From positions 20,710-84,709 of the IMG/VR virus record IMGVR_UViG_3300035183_000841: a stretch of 64,000 nt of DNA. One strand, written 5' to 3'. A model generated the notes under the pieces. That model ran no database searches. It saw only the letters and a program-made list of their open reading frames with translations, and was not told where the DNA came from. The stretch is from a virus. Position numbers and translations under genes: made by a program. Below, one piece after another: positions 36,068 to 45,372 of this stretch (the first letter of the stretch is position 1; every line of letters starts with the position of its first letter).

Positions 36068-36733
36068 TCACCTCGCACATGGTGGAACCCCCGTGGCAAG
36101 TGGGAATCCAGAAACATGGATATGGTCGGTATGCGGGTCGATGCCGCCGTAAGCGTGCCACCCTTCGCTCCTTGTCCATATCCTCCTGTTGTAGATGACC
36201 TCTGCGACATCGAGGACATCGTAGTTCTTAACCAAGAAGTCAGCAATATCCCCCATCAGTGTGTCATGATGGATATCCCAAGCATTCTTGAATGCGTGCT
36301 GGCTCCAATTCGATGAGCCGGCTATATGGCGGCAGTTGTAGATGCCCCAGCTCTCTACGCCATGGAACTGATTAACGACCGTCCCGTAAATCTTATCTAT
36401 CGCCGGGGTTCCTATCGTGTCAGCAACGACGACGAGGTTTATCTCGACTTTCCTAATCTCCCAGACCGCACCGTCAGAAGACTTGATGCGATACATAGTC
36501 CCAACATCGACCTTGGGGAGAACTTCTCTTAACCTCCCAATGATATCGCTGAGCGGTTTCGGAGTACTCCACCTACCTTCGCCTCGCTTCAGTCGGAATT
36601 CTGGTTCATGCTTCGAGGCTCTATTCTGGAGGATGTCGAGGACCCGCTCCTTCTTGGCGGGTTTCGTCCACTTCCCGTCCGGCACATTCCGTAGGCGGTA
36701 ACGGGTCTGGATAAGAGAGTCACTCATATTCAC
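36068..36733 (-). CDS. Putative endolysin, Zn peptidase (M15-like)
   Basis: CR...SQHAFKNAWD ... HTDHIHVS. Confidence 0.68.
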   Translation of the reverse strand: MNMSDSLIQTRYRLRNVPDGKWTKPAKKERVLDILQNRASKHEPEFRLKRGEGRWSTPKPLSDIIGRLREVLPKVDVGTMYRIKSSDGAVWEIRKVEINLVVVADTIGTPAIDKIYGTVVNQFHGVESWGIYNCRHIAGSSNWSQHAFKNAWDIHHDTLMGDIADFLVKNYDVLDVAEVIYNRRIWTRSEGWHAYGGIDPHTDHIHVSGFPLATGVPPCAR

Positions 36734-36873
36734 ATTGTAGCAACTATATTTTCACGTTCAACAAATCGAGCAAGAGTGATGGCCCTTTATATTCCTCCAA
36801 GCGACAGCGAAGCCCCTCGCGTCTTACGCGCTGGGACTCCGCTTGTGCTTTGTGCCTTGACGAACTAGGACGT

Positions 36874-37419
36874 TTACGTTTCGTCGTACTGCCAAGTGAG
36901 CTGTTCTGCTGTCGTGACTCCGGGTCCGGCGGTCGAGACAACGGCGACCTGGTAGATGACGAAGTCCCCGAAGTCACCGGTCGTCGATCCGATTGAGCCG
37001 TTCACCGATAGCGGCGAAGCGGACGTGTACTGGAACGCGTTTGTGGCAGTAGTCGGGCTCAACGCCGATGTGTAGTTCGCAGAAGTGAGCTGGTTGCCGC
37101 TCGTACCGACAGTGCCGCTAGCCTGCACATACGCGCTACACGTCGCAACGTTGAGCGAAATACCTGTCCCCATCGAGTTCGTGCCGTCCGTGTACCACTT
37201 GATGTTGTTGATCGCCGTTGATGGAGCGGATGTTGCAGACAGCCTCGTGGCCACCCAGAACGAGTAGTTCGTACCGGAAGAAGGCACCGGGATAGGGTTG
37301 TTGGTTCCAGGGTTCGGGTCATCAGCCGTTGCCGCCCTGTTGGTTGTCCCGGTGATGTCGGTCTTCGTTGGAGAAGCGCTCGAACCGGTCCACCTCATTA
37401 TTTTAACTGTTGCTGCCAT
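36874..37419 (-). CDS. Ser/Thr-rich beta protein, probably virion structural
   Basis: Ser/Thr/Gly-rich; NPIPVPSSGTNYSF, ends WQYDET. Confidence 0.6.
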   Translation of the reverse strand: MAATVKIMRWTGSSASPTKTDITGTTNRAATADDPNPGTNNPIPVPSSGTNYSFWVATRLSATSAPSTAINNIKWYTDGTNSMGTGISLNVATCSAYVQASGTVGTSGNQLTSANYTSALSPTTATNAFQYTSASPLSVNGSIGSTTGDFGDFVIYQVAVVSTAGPGVTTAEQLTWQYDET

Positions 37420-37587
37420 CTCTTCCTACATCAACTCCTAGTTGCAAGATTTATTTATCTTGGGTGACTCCACACCTCCACATGAGGCTAAACGATATTC
37501 GACTACAAGGCAATACCCGTGTGGAGCGGTCGTTCATGAGAGATACGATATTCAAATCGCTATCGTTTGAGCGATAATTTTAAATCT

Positions 37588-38016
37588 TCAGCCTCTAAAC
37601 CGCAATAGAGGCAGAGGTTTAGCGGCGCAACCACGGTGATTCTTCGTGGTTATCCCTATCCGCTCTAGACATACGTCGCATATATCATCGCCAACTCTCA
37701 GATGGCGGAAACTCACGAGACAATCTCTGTACCCCGAATCGTCGTAGAGCCTCGTCAGTCCAGTAAAAGTGCTGACCTTTATGAGGAGATCTGCCTCACT
37801 ATTTGCTAGATCGATACTTTTGATTGAAGTCGGGATGATGTAGACCATCATATAGCGCACACCGCACAGGGTATCTATGGCCAGATCATTTCTTGTTGAT
37901 AGATGCGCTTTACGATCAGATAACCACGCCTTGAATGTCTTAATCTTGCGCTTAATGACCATGTACCGCTCATCCCTGAACTTGATATAGACAGCCTCTG
38001 CTTCGCAGATGCGCAT
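37588..38016 (-). CDS. H-CG-CxxC Zn-finger-like protein
   Basis: KAHL...TLCG...ICDVC; GAGGAG SD. Confidence 0.55.
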   Translation of the reverse strand: MRICEAEAVYIKFRDERYMVIKRKIKTFKAWLSDRKAHLSTRNDLAIDTLCGVRYMMVYIIPTSIKSIDLANSEADLLIKVSTFTGLTRLYDDSGYRDCLVSFRHLRVGDDICDVCLERIGITTKNHRGCAAKPLPLLRFRG

Positions 38017-38037
38017 GACATCTCCTCTCGGGAGGGG

Positions 38038-38110
38038 TGGGGCGAGTGGGGATCGAACCCACGACCGTCGGATTAAAAGTCCGCTGCTCTGCCAACTGAG
38101 CTACCGCCCC
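38038..38110 (-). tRNA. tRNA-Lys (UUU)
   Basis: GGGGCGGTAGCTCAGTTGGCAGAGCAGCGGA-CTTTTAA-TCCG...GGTTCGATCCCCACTCGCCCCA cloverleaf. Confidence 0.95.
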
Positions 38111-38118
38111 CTCCATGC

Positions 38119-38195
38119 TGGTTGGGCGCCAGGGAATCGAACCCTGCTCCAGATGTTTATAAGACATCCGCCAGCTACCAGCTAGCATGCGCCCA
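38119..38195 (-). tRNA. tRNA-Ile (UAU)
   Basis: Acceptor TGGGCGC/GCGCCCA, anticodon arm GATGT-CTTATAA-ACATC, T arm CAGGG-TTCGATT-CCCTG, encoded ACCA end. Confidence 0.88.
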
Positions 38196-38292
38196 TAAGT
38201 GGCGAGGACGGGAGTATGTGGCGCATTCGCTTACCTTCCCCAAGGGTCTATATTCTTTTGTAAAGAAGCCTCCCGCCCTCGCCGAGAGGATT

Positions 38293-38934
38293 CTACCCGA
38301 CGGACAAATCCCGCTCCATCGCTAAACAAATCTCTAGAGCAAGCTCTCTCGGTATCTTTGCTTTTATCTCAGATGGGGTTCTACTTTGGACGCCTGTCAA
38401 TGACCCCCTAGGAGCCCTTACATGGCAAGGGTCTCCATTACTACAGATAGGTCTGGGGGCCCAACTTTTAGGGAACCCTCCCCAAAGGTCGGTCGGCTTC
38501 ATGTACTTCAGCCCGTACTGGCAGTAAGTTACAGTAACCCTATCGAACCTGGCCATCATAGGAAGTTTCCTGAGCTTAGCCCTGGGGTTCTCTATAACGA
38601 AGAATCTAGGAGACATCTGTTCGATAAGATTTATTGTCTTCTCGACCAGCTTAACTGCATGTGCAGCTTCCGGCGTCTTCGGGGAATGGGGGTTCGGGTC
38701 ATCCGGTCCGGTCCAGTTCCGCCCAATCCGAAGAACCGAAAACGCCTCGCACGGAGGGCTAGCGAGGATCGCATCTGGCCTCCATGGGAAATCCTCTGGT
38801 TCTACTTCCAAGATGTCAGCAACGATATCAGGGTGGAACTTCGGATCTATATCGAGGGTGATAACTTCATGCCCGCGCTCTAGAAACGGCTCACTCCACC
38901 CCTTGAGACCACAGAAAAGGTCTATAACATTCAT
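38293..38934 (-). CDS. DNA cytosine-C5 methyltransferase-like protein
   Basis: IDLFCGLKG (motif I), ASPPCEAFS (IV), IENP (VI). Confidence 0.82.
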   Translation of the reverse strand: MNVIDLFCGLKGWSEPFLERGHEVITLDIDPKFHPDIVADILEVEPEDFPWRPDAILASPPCEAFSVLRIGRNWTGPDDPNPHSPKTPEAAHAVKLVEKTINLIEQMSPRFFVIENPRAKLRKLPMMARFDRVTVTYCQYGLKYMKPTDLWGGFPKSWAPRPICSNGDPCHVRAPRGSLTGVQSRTPSEIKAKIPRELALEICLAMERDLSVG

Positions 38935-38936
38935 GG

Positions 38937-39224
38937 CTACTCGACCTTTAGATACTTGTTGTCCAATACTCCCAATATCTGTTTCGACTTCTTCTTCCCG
39001 AGATAGACGCCATAGACGGATATAGTATACGAGAAGTTCTCTTGGTCTTTGTTGTACTCCCAGTACAACTGCGGCAGGATGTCGATTACCGGCACATACC
39101 CCCTCTCACGCATATCCTCGATCAACCTATCTTCCAGCTCTTTACGGATACGTAGGATCGCCTCGCCGTCTACTGCAACGCCATCTATTGAGAATCTCTT
39201 TATGTTCCTCGTTACGATAGACAT
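38937..39224 (-). CDS. Hypothetical protein
   Basis: ATG at 39224; MRERGYVPVID. Confidence 0.6.
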   Translation of the reverse strand: MSIVTRNIKRFSIDGVAVDGEAILRIRKELEDRLIEDMRERGYVPVIDILPQLYWEYNKDQENFSYTISVYGVYLGKKKSKQILGVLDNKYLKVE

Positions 39225-39243
39225 GTATATGTACTCCGATAAT

Positions 39244-41520
39244 CTACCAATCGTGGACAGTAAAGACCCCAGCGTCCCAATCCCAAGTCGCCTTGAATGC
39301 AAACAGCTCTGACCTCCTGGACTTCTTAGCTTCAACCGTGACAAGTTGCCCAGATCTGAACAATGATAGAACCAAGTCACTGTCGTAGGCAAGCTGTTTG
39401 CTCCAGGCCACCTCATTGAGTTCCGGTGCTCTACTGTCATGACCTTCCTCCATGGTAACAGCAACTATATCTATGATCGGGATACCGTATCTTACTGCCA
39501 TCCTTTTGAAATCCTTAGACAGGTTACGGTGTCTTTCTGTTTCAGAACTTCCTCTTCTTGAATCACTAATGAGAGCGTGGTAATCGCAATTATGGCTCAT
39601 ACCGAAATCGGTCAGATAGGTATGACTGTTCGTCTGGATCGGGACGAATACATCCTGTCCGATGGGCGTCACGCTTTTCACCCTCGTCCATAGGAAACCC
39701 GAGTCTATGAAGGCAGACCTCATCCCGTTTCCGGCATCATCATAAGAGACAAGTGCATACGTCTGCTTCGTTTCTGAAACTATCCCGTTCGGGAACTCTC
39801 TTATACCTGGAGCCGCCGACTTGTATATGGAAGAGGAAACCCCCAGCCTAGCCAATATCCTTCTCAGTGCCAGTAATCCAGGAAGATGGACGCTAACGAT
39901 GCTCCTCCTCCTGTCTGTGTCTCTTGAACCGTCGGCGGCGAAGTACCCGTCTACAAGTGCCCTCTGATATGTGAAGTCGATCCTCTCCACCCAATCGGGA
40001 GGACACTTCATAGAGTTCCCTACCCTCCAGGTCCTCAACCACCTAGCCAATGCGACGTTGCAGAAACTTACCTTTTTGCACCCATTCAACTGGCGCACAA
40101 GGTACTTCTTGTTGCTGAGTAACGACGTGATCCTTTCGAATGTTTCTGTGTCGTTATCCGCTATAGAGACTTCAACTCTGTTTTGGTTGAGATTGCCGTC
40201 TCCCCACCAATACCCGAAGAACCACCACCAATCTTTATCATAGAATTCATCTGGAACGTATTTGATGACTTTGCTTCTTATCTTATTTTCTATTGGTTGC
40301 GGTTCAATCACCTCGTAATCTATCGGGAACCCTATGTAATGCGAAGAAGTCAGATCCTTGGCCTCTACCCAACCGTCTACGCCTCGTATGTTCAGGTATG
40401 AGTCAGCGATGTCTGGATTCTCTTTCAGATAGTCTTTACCACGCGATTTCCAATCAAGTATCCTATTCACGATCCTAATCCTTTCTTTGAAATCTACGAA
40501 TCTAGCCCAATAACGATGCTCATGGGTGACTATCTCGCTGAACGGTATACCCCTGAGTCGCACCTCAACGCCTTCAGATACTCGCTCTATTGCTGTTGGA
40601 TGTTCCTCAACACGCATCCACTTGCCTTCATCGAAGATCATCGTGCCTTTCTTATGGCAAACAACCATATCCGGCCTATATTGTTCAATCTTCATTTGAA
40701 TTGTTGTTTGTGTTATCTCATCAAGACCTTCATTCGTAACTATCCAGAACGGCTGTTTACCAGGATAGGTCTTGGCAGCCCAATCTTCGTACGAGTCTAT
40801 GTTGATGTTCCTGGCGTTTATGAGTCCGGTGTTCGATAGCGAACCGCCGCCCAGTAGCGTGTCAACCCGATACCCGATCTGTATATCGTCCATCTCCAAT
40901 GACACATACATCGGCTTGTACCCCATCTTCCATGCATGGGTAGCCAGGTACGTAGCGAACCATGTCTTCCCACTACCGGTCCATCCCATGATGACGATGA
41001 AGTCACCCTTCTGCCATCCGCCGAAGAGGAGGTCGAGCTGCGGGATGCCGGATGGGATGCCGAGGATTTGCTTCCCGTTGTCGGACAACTCGGCCCTTTC
41101 CCGGAGGGAGTTCACCCTCAACCAATATTCGTTCGCAAGATCTCGGTCGCGGACGACATCGGTCTGATATCCAAGGACTGAAGACTTGGCGAAGATGTAT
41201 TCTAGAGCTTCTCTTGGGTTTTCTTCGAGCATCCTCGAAGAGTTGACGAGTAAGTCTTCGATCCTGAATCTGAGGTACTCGTTGTTCACCTCATCGATCA
41301 GGTATTCGAGCGTAGCCTCAGTATGCTCAGGGTCGAAGTCAGGGAACTTATCTTTGATTATATCGAGGGTGGGCGAAGTGCGATACTTCATGTAATAGTT
41401 CTCGATGAAGTTCCATATGTCCTTATGGAACTGTATCGAGTTGGCCACCTTCCCGTTTATGGCCTTCGTGACATCGCGCTCTTCTAGGACCTTCGTGATA
41501 AGTGCAGCTTCAAGATTCAT
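39244..41520 (-). CDS. dnaB: Replicative DNA helicase (DnaB-like), intein-containing
   Basis: GIPSGIPQLD, Walker A GWTGSGKT, SLEM, VV|CDY, AYDSDLV. Confidence 0.9.
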   Translation of the reverse strand: MNLEAALITKVLEERDVTKAINGKVANSIQFHKDIWNFIENYYMKYRTSPTLDIIKDKFPDFDPEHTEATLEYLIDEVNNEYLRFRIEDLLVNSSRMLEENPREALEYIFAKSSVLGYQTDVVRDRDLANEYWLRVNSLRERAELSDNGKQILGIPSGIPQLDLLFGGWQKGDFIVIMGWTGSGKTWFATYLATHAWKMGYKPMYVSLEMDDIQIGYRVDTLLGGGSLSNTGLINARNINIDSYEDWAAKTYPGKQPFWIVTNEGLDEITQTTIQMKIEQYRPDMVVCHKKGTMIFDEGKWMRVEEHPTAIERVSEGVEVRLRGIPFSEIVTHEHRYWARFVDFKERIRIVNRILDWKSRGKDYLKENPDIADSYLNIRGVDGWVEAKDLTSSHYIGFPIDYEVIEPQPIENKIRSKVIKYVPDEFYDKDWWWFFGYWWGDGNLNQNRVEVSIADNDTETFERITSLLSNKKYLVRQLNGCKKVSFCNVALARWLRTWRVGNSMKCPPDWVERIDFTYQRALVDGYFAADGSRDTDRRRSIVSVHLPGLLALRRILARLGVSSSIYKSAAPGIREFPNGIVSETKQTYALVSYDDAGNGMRSAFIDSGFLWTRVKSVTPIGQDVFVPIQTNSHTYLTDFGMSHNCDYHALISDSRRGSSETERHRNLSKDFKRMAVRYGIPIIDIVAVTMEEGHDSRAPELNEVAWSKQLAYDSDLVLSLFRSGQLVTVEAKKSRRSELFAFKATWDWDAGVFTVHDW
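39589..40659 (-). mobile_element. Intein with LAGLIDADG endonuclease in DnaB (357 aa)
   Basis: VV|CHKKGTMI ... VTHEH ... GYWWGDG ... GYFAADG ... GMSHN|CDY. Confidence 0.9.
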
Positions 41521-41860
41521 CTATCTTGAATTCCCCCATCTTGCGCCTAGTCTTTTCCAATAGTTCCTCAACCCTTTTCTTCGCGGCATCTTCATTTTCT
41601 GATGCTCGCAAGCACTCATCTATCTTCTCTATGAAGGACCATAGATCATGCTTAGTCCTGGTCCTGAAGTAGTACTCCAGCGCCCTACCGACCTCGCTAA
41701 CGGTATAGTGTTCACCGACCCTTTCCGCTGCTCTCACCATCGGCCAGTTGACGAGATACTTGCTGCCGTGAGCGTACTCGTACTGGTCGATGAACATCTC
41801 AACGATCCTCTTCGAGGCATTGGTTCTCTTCTTGCTCGATTTGGATCCCGTAGACATCAC
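41510..41860 (-). CDS. Hypothetical protein upstream of helicase
   Basis: Overlap-coupled to dnaB. Confidence 0.6.
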   Translation of the reverse strand: MMSTGSKSSKKRTNASKRIVEMFIDQYEYAHGSKYLVNWPMVRAAERVGEHYTVSEVGRALEYYFRTRTKHDLWSFIEKIDECLRASENEDAAKKRVEELLEKTRRKMGEFKIDES

Positions 41861-42093
41861 TCGTTCATTATGCTTTCGGCCCGCTCCACGGCGTTATCGA
41901 CCTCCCGCTCGACGACACGCCAAGCCCTGTCCCACGCCTGTTCATCCGACTCATCGGGACGCCTGGTGATGGACACGGAAGAGCCGAAACTGATCGATGA
42001 ATAGTTCGGTAGCCCTTTCTTGAATTCGAGATGGACAGTGATCTTGTCTCCGGGATCAGTGAGATCGATGTCCTTTGCAGATTTCTTCGGCAT
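41857..42093 (-). CDS. Hypothetical protein
   Basis: AGGAGG SD, ATG at 42093. Confidence 0.6.
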   Translation of the reverse strand: MPKKSAKDIDLTDPGDKITVHLEFKKGLPNYSSISFGSSVSITRRPDESDEQAWDRAWRVVEREVDNAVERAESIMNE

Positions 42094-42245
42094 CAGTTTT
42101 CCCTCCTTACCAATAGTTCTTCGTATTTGTCTACCTTCATGAAAACAGTTCTGCCGCAATTGATACACAACAGCTCGACATCATCCCTGCTGTCAGATTC
42201 AACCTTGACGACGAACCCCTTGCACCGATTGCACCTTAGAGACAC
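42093..42245 (-). CDS. 50-aa Zn-ribbon protein
   Basis: CNRC..CINCG; coupled on both sides; below the ORF-track cutoff. Confidence 0.55.
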   Translation of the reverse strand: MSLRCNRCKGFVVKVESDSRDDVELLCINCGRTVFMKVDKYEELLVRREN

Positions 42246-43405
42246 TATGCTTTATCACCCCTGAACACCATGTGGGGTAGAGCCTCTACCGCCCCATTAT
42301 AAGTCACCTCGATGAGCCGATCCATCTCATGGACATCATCGATAGAGCCGCAACCCATGTAGGCCAGTCCAAGACGTATGCCTTTCACGAAATCGGCGAA
42401 CGTCTTCTCGAAATCATAGTCGATATCGAGCAGGAACTCCTCCCCCTCTACGGCATAATCGACTTCCCCCTTATCCTTCAGAGCCGAATCGGAGGCCATC
42501 CCCCTGAATACCTTCTTCTTCACGATACGTTCGCCGAAATCTATCTCGGTAACCCCCTTCTGCAACAACTCACCTGTATCGGTACCTTTAACCGGAGCGA
42601 CCATGGAGCGCACCACACTGTTGAGATTCGACTTCTCTCCGGTATTCACTAGCATGACCGGCCCCGCCGAAACTGGGTACGGAGCCAGTACGCCTCCCAG
42701 CATCACCGCATCAGCTCCGGCCGCTATCGCCTTCACGGCATCGCCACTCGTGCGGATACCGCCATCAGCAACTATCACAACCTGACTATCTAGATGATCC
42801 CTCGCCCTGGCTGCATCCATGATCGCCGTTATCTGGGGAACACCTACACCAGCTACTTTCCTGGTCGTACAGGCACTCCCTCCTCCGATGCCGACCCGCA
42901 GCACATGAGCGCCAGCCTCTATATAGTCACATGCCGCCTCGTAAGTGCATATATTGCCGGACATCACGATGACATCATGGCCAAGACCGACCAGCTTGTC
43001 CGTCCTGTCCAGAGCGGCTTCGGTATGCCCGTGAGCGACATCGATGGTGATGAGGCTAGCCCCAGCCTCGATGAGACTCAATGCACGTTCCCACGAGTCG
43101 CCGTTCACGCCGACAGCCGCACCAACATAGAACCCCTCATCGGCCAATGTCTTCACAATCTCTACCTGGGTGTCGATGGCACAGTACCGATGTACTACCC
43201 CGATCCCCCCATTCGACGCAATGAACCTAGCCATGCTATAGCCGGTTACGGTGTCCATGGGAGAAGAGAGGATGGGGATATCCAGAACCAGCTCCCAGTC
43301 TGAAGCGCGACCGATATCTACAGAGACATCTACATCACGCCAACCAAGAAGATTGGAGCGAGCCGGAACACAACTTACATCGTCAAACGTCAGAGCTCGC
43401 TTCAT
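42245..43405 (-). CDS. IMP dehydrogenase/GMP reductase family protein (no CBS domain)
   Basis: ALTFDDV, SSPMDTVT, IDVAHGH, GIGGGSACTTR, ADGGI, FRGMAS. Confidence 0.92.
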   Translation of the reverse strand: MKRALTFDDVSCVPARSNLLGWRDVDVSVDIGRASDWELVLDIPILSSPMDTVTGYSMARFIASNGGIGVVHRYCAIDTQVEIVKTLADEGFYVGAAVGVNGDSWERALSLIEAGASLITIDVAHGHTEAALDRTDKLVGLGHDVIVMSGNICTYEAACDYIEAGAHVLRVGIGGGSACTTRKVAGVGVPQITAIMDAARARDHLDSQVVIVADGGIRTSGDAVKAIAAGADAVMLGGVLAPYPVSAGPVMLVNTGEKSNLNSVVRSMVAPVKGTDTGELLQKGVTEIDFGERIVKKKVFRGMASDSALKDKGEVDYAVEGEEFLLDIDYDFEKTFADFVKGIRLGLAYMGCGSIDDVHEMDRLIEVTYNGAVEALPHMVFRGDKA

Positions 43406-43613
43406 CTGTGTTGTCCTGTCCTTCTTGTGCCGTATAGTTTTCCACTATCTCCTTCAGCATCTTCAGTATGTTCACGTATCCCGTTACCTCGCCGAGGATA
43501 CGTCCTCTCTCCAGTAGGGACTTCATCGCTCTACGCGCATAAACCAGAGCGACAACTAGGAATAGGTTGAGTGTTACAGAAGCAGACAGCAACAACAATT
43601 GCAGGTTATCCAT
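43383..43613 (-). CDS. Small membrane protein
   Basis: N-terminal TM helix. Confidence 0.5.
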   Translation of the reverse strand: MDNLQLLLLSASVTLNLFLVVALVYARRAMKSLLERGRILGEVTGYVNILKMLKEIVENYTAQEGQDNTDEASSDV

Positions 43614-43830
43614 CTTTACCCTCCATAAACTTAGCTAGGTCATGAGCCATATCTGACATGATTTCGAACCCCTGAACGAGCACCAGACGGAGGTCCCTCG
43701 GCAAATCGTGCCGACCCCTCAGTGTCTCAGCGATTTCATTCAGTTCGAAGTGATAACTCAGTATATCTCCCACTTCGCGTGTCTTATGATTTCTGCTCCT
43801 CGTATATTCCTGTGACAATTGAACCTCCAT
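43606..43830 (-). CDS. Hypothetical protein
   Basis: Coupled ORF; start uncertain. Confidence 0.45.
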   Translation of the reverse strand: MEVQLSQEYTRSRNHKTREVGDILSYHFELNEIAETLRGRHDLPRDLRLVLVQGFEIMSDMAHDLAKFMEGKDG

Positions 43831-44363
43831 TCTAGATATTCACAAACCTCTAGTGCGTCCTTCCCTTTCCACTGCAGATAAGCGTTATCGTGGTACGGCA
43901 AGAACGAACCCCCGTAAATCTGACTAACTTTATGTAGGCCATCGATATTCACCGAGCCTATCCTGATGTACGGATACCCCCTTTCGACATCCACATCACC
44001 GAGTGAATCTATAAGGCTTCTCATATACTCCTTCCTCATCGACAGTGATGTCGATATACATCTCGGCACGTTCCAGTTCCTACGAGTGAAATCTACGAAT
44101 CCCATATCATTCAGCATGAGGTAAAGTTCTTTCGAATAGAAGGAGACATATGCACCATTCCTCATATACTTCTCGTGACCCAGAACCAGAATCCTATCGA
44201 GGAGATTTTTCATATCCGCTATCTGGTTCAATGTGAAAGTGAAGCGGTACCCGGCTCCTCCACGTCCGCCGGGATGTATCCGGAACCCCCCCTCAACCTG
44301 GGCGTAAACACCTATACGGAGGAGGTCTAGATCGCTAACCTTGGCTATCTTTCCGCGTGCCAT
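43758..44363 (-). CDS. Free-standing LAGLIDADG-like endonuclease
   Basis: IGVYAQVEGG and YMRSLIDSLGDV helices. Confidence 0.6.
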   Translation of the reverse strand: MARGKIAKVSDLDLLRIGVYAQVEGGFRIHPGGRGGAGYRFTFTLNQIADMKNLLDRILVLGHEKYMRNGAYVSFYSKELYLMLNDMGFVDFTRRNWNVPRCISTSLSMRKEYMRSLIDSLGDVDVERGYPYIRIGSVNIDGLHKVSQIYGGSFLPYHDNAYLQWKGKDALEVCEYLEWRFNCHRNIRGAEIIRHAKWEIY

Positions 44364-44557
44364 AGTGACATGTGTGGAGAGGTTATCAGTGCTATAGCGA
44401 ACAGGACCAACACTGAGTCGAAGAAACCGATGGCCGGTACAGCCGGGAACACCATATGCAGTAGCATGAAACCCGCCATGGTGCTTGCAGCAGAAGCAGC
44501 AACAAGTGCTGCCAGTACAGCCCCTAACAGTAGCGCTTTTATGAAGAGCATCTTCAA
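44345..44557 (-). CDS. Small 2-TM membrane protein
   Basis: Two hydrophobic segments. Confidence 0.5.
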   Translation of the reverse strand: MKMLFIKALLLGAVLAALVAASAASTMAGFMLLHMVFPAVPAIGFFDSVLVLFAIALITSPHMSLWHAER

Positions 44558-45372
44558 TCCTTCACGAAACGTAGTTCCCCATGGGTATCCACCAGTATCT
44601 GGTGCCTTTCCGAGGACAGACTAACATATGGAGCGCCATCAGGTGTAGGGGAATACTGAGCGGCCCGGCTATAGTCAGGCTCACTGATGAACGACCCAGT
44701 ACGCACCAGATGGATGAGCTTGCGCTTCTCTTCTCCATCAATCACCCGCTTCTTCACGACGAGCTTCTCTCCGAGGAAATGGTTGTTGCCCATCGCCAGG
44801 ACATCGGCATCGTCATACACCACTAGCCTCTTCTCTAGCTCATGGTACGGATTCTGTGCCGCCGAGTACCCATGGAAGATCGCGAACGTGTAAGTATTAT
44901 TCCCGACACCGAGCTTCACATACCCACCATGGCGGTTGTAGAAGCAACCGAACTCTCGGGCTACGAACTCCATGATGTCGATGGATGTTTTCTTCCAGAC
45001 ACGCAGGTCATGGTTACCGGATATGGTCATGACGATGCGGTCCCTGAACGGCCAGAAATACTCGATGACCTTTTCGACCTGAGAGTGAGGGTTCATGACC
45101 TGCTCCCACACGCTCTGCTCTATCCTGCTCGGTAGCGCGACTTCCATCAGGTCACCCAGAAGGAGTATGTAGGCGTTCAACTTTTCGGCCAGCGCGAGAT
45201 GTTCTAGGAATAAATCTTCTCTGAACGACTCTGCGCCTATATGGATATCGGAAAACATGAACACATGAGCCCATCCCTGCTTGTCTGGAGTCAGCTTGAC
45301 GAAGGGGATTTCGGAGCCTTTGTGTGTTTTACAGACCTTGTTCGGTTTCGGGGGTGCGATATAGTTGCTCAA
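44554..45372 (-). CDS. Calcineurin-like metallophosphoesterase
   Basis: SDIHIG, LGDL, GNHD, FHG, GNNH. Confidence 0.87.
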   Translation of the reverse strand: MSNYIAPPKPNKVCKTHKGSEIPFVKLTPDKQGWAHVFMFSDIHIGAESFREDLFLEHLALAEKLNAYILLLGDLMEVALPSRIEQSVWEQVMNPHSQVEKVIEYFWPFRDRIVMTISGNHDLRVWKKTSIDIMEFVAREFGCFYNRHGGYVKLGVGNNTYTFAIFHGYSAAQNPYHELEKRLVVYDDADVLAMGNNHFLGEKLVVKKRVIDGEEKRKLIHLVRTGSFISEPDYSRAAQYSPTPDGAPYVSLSSERHQILVDTHGELRFVKD

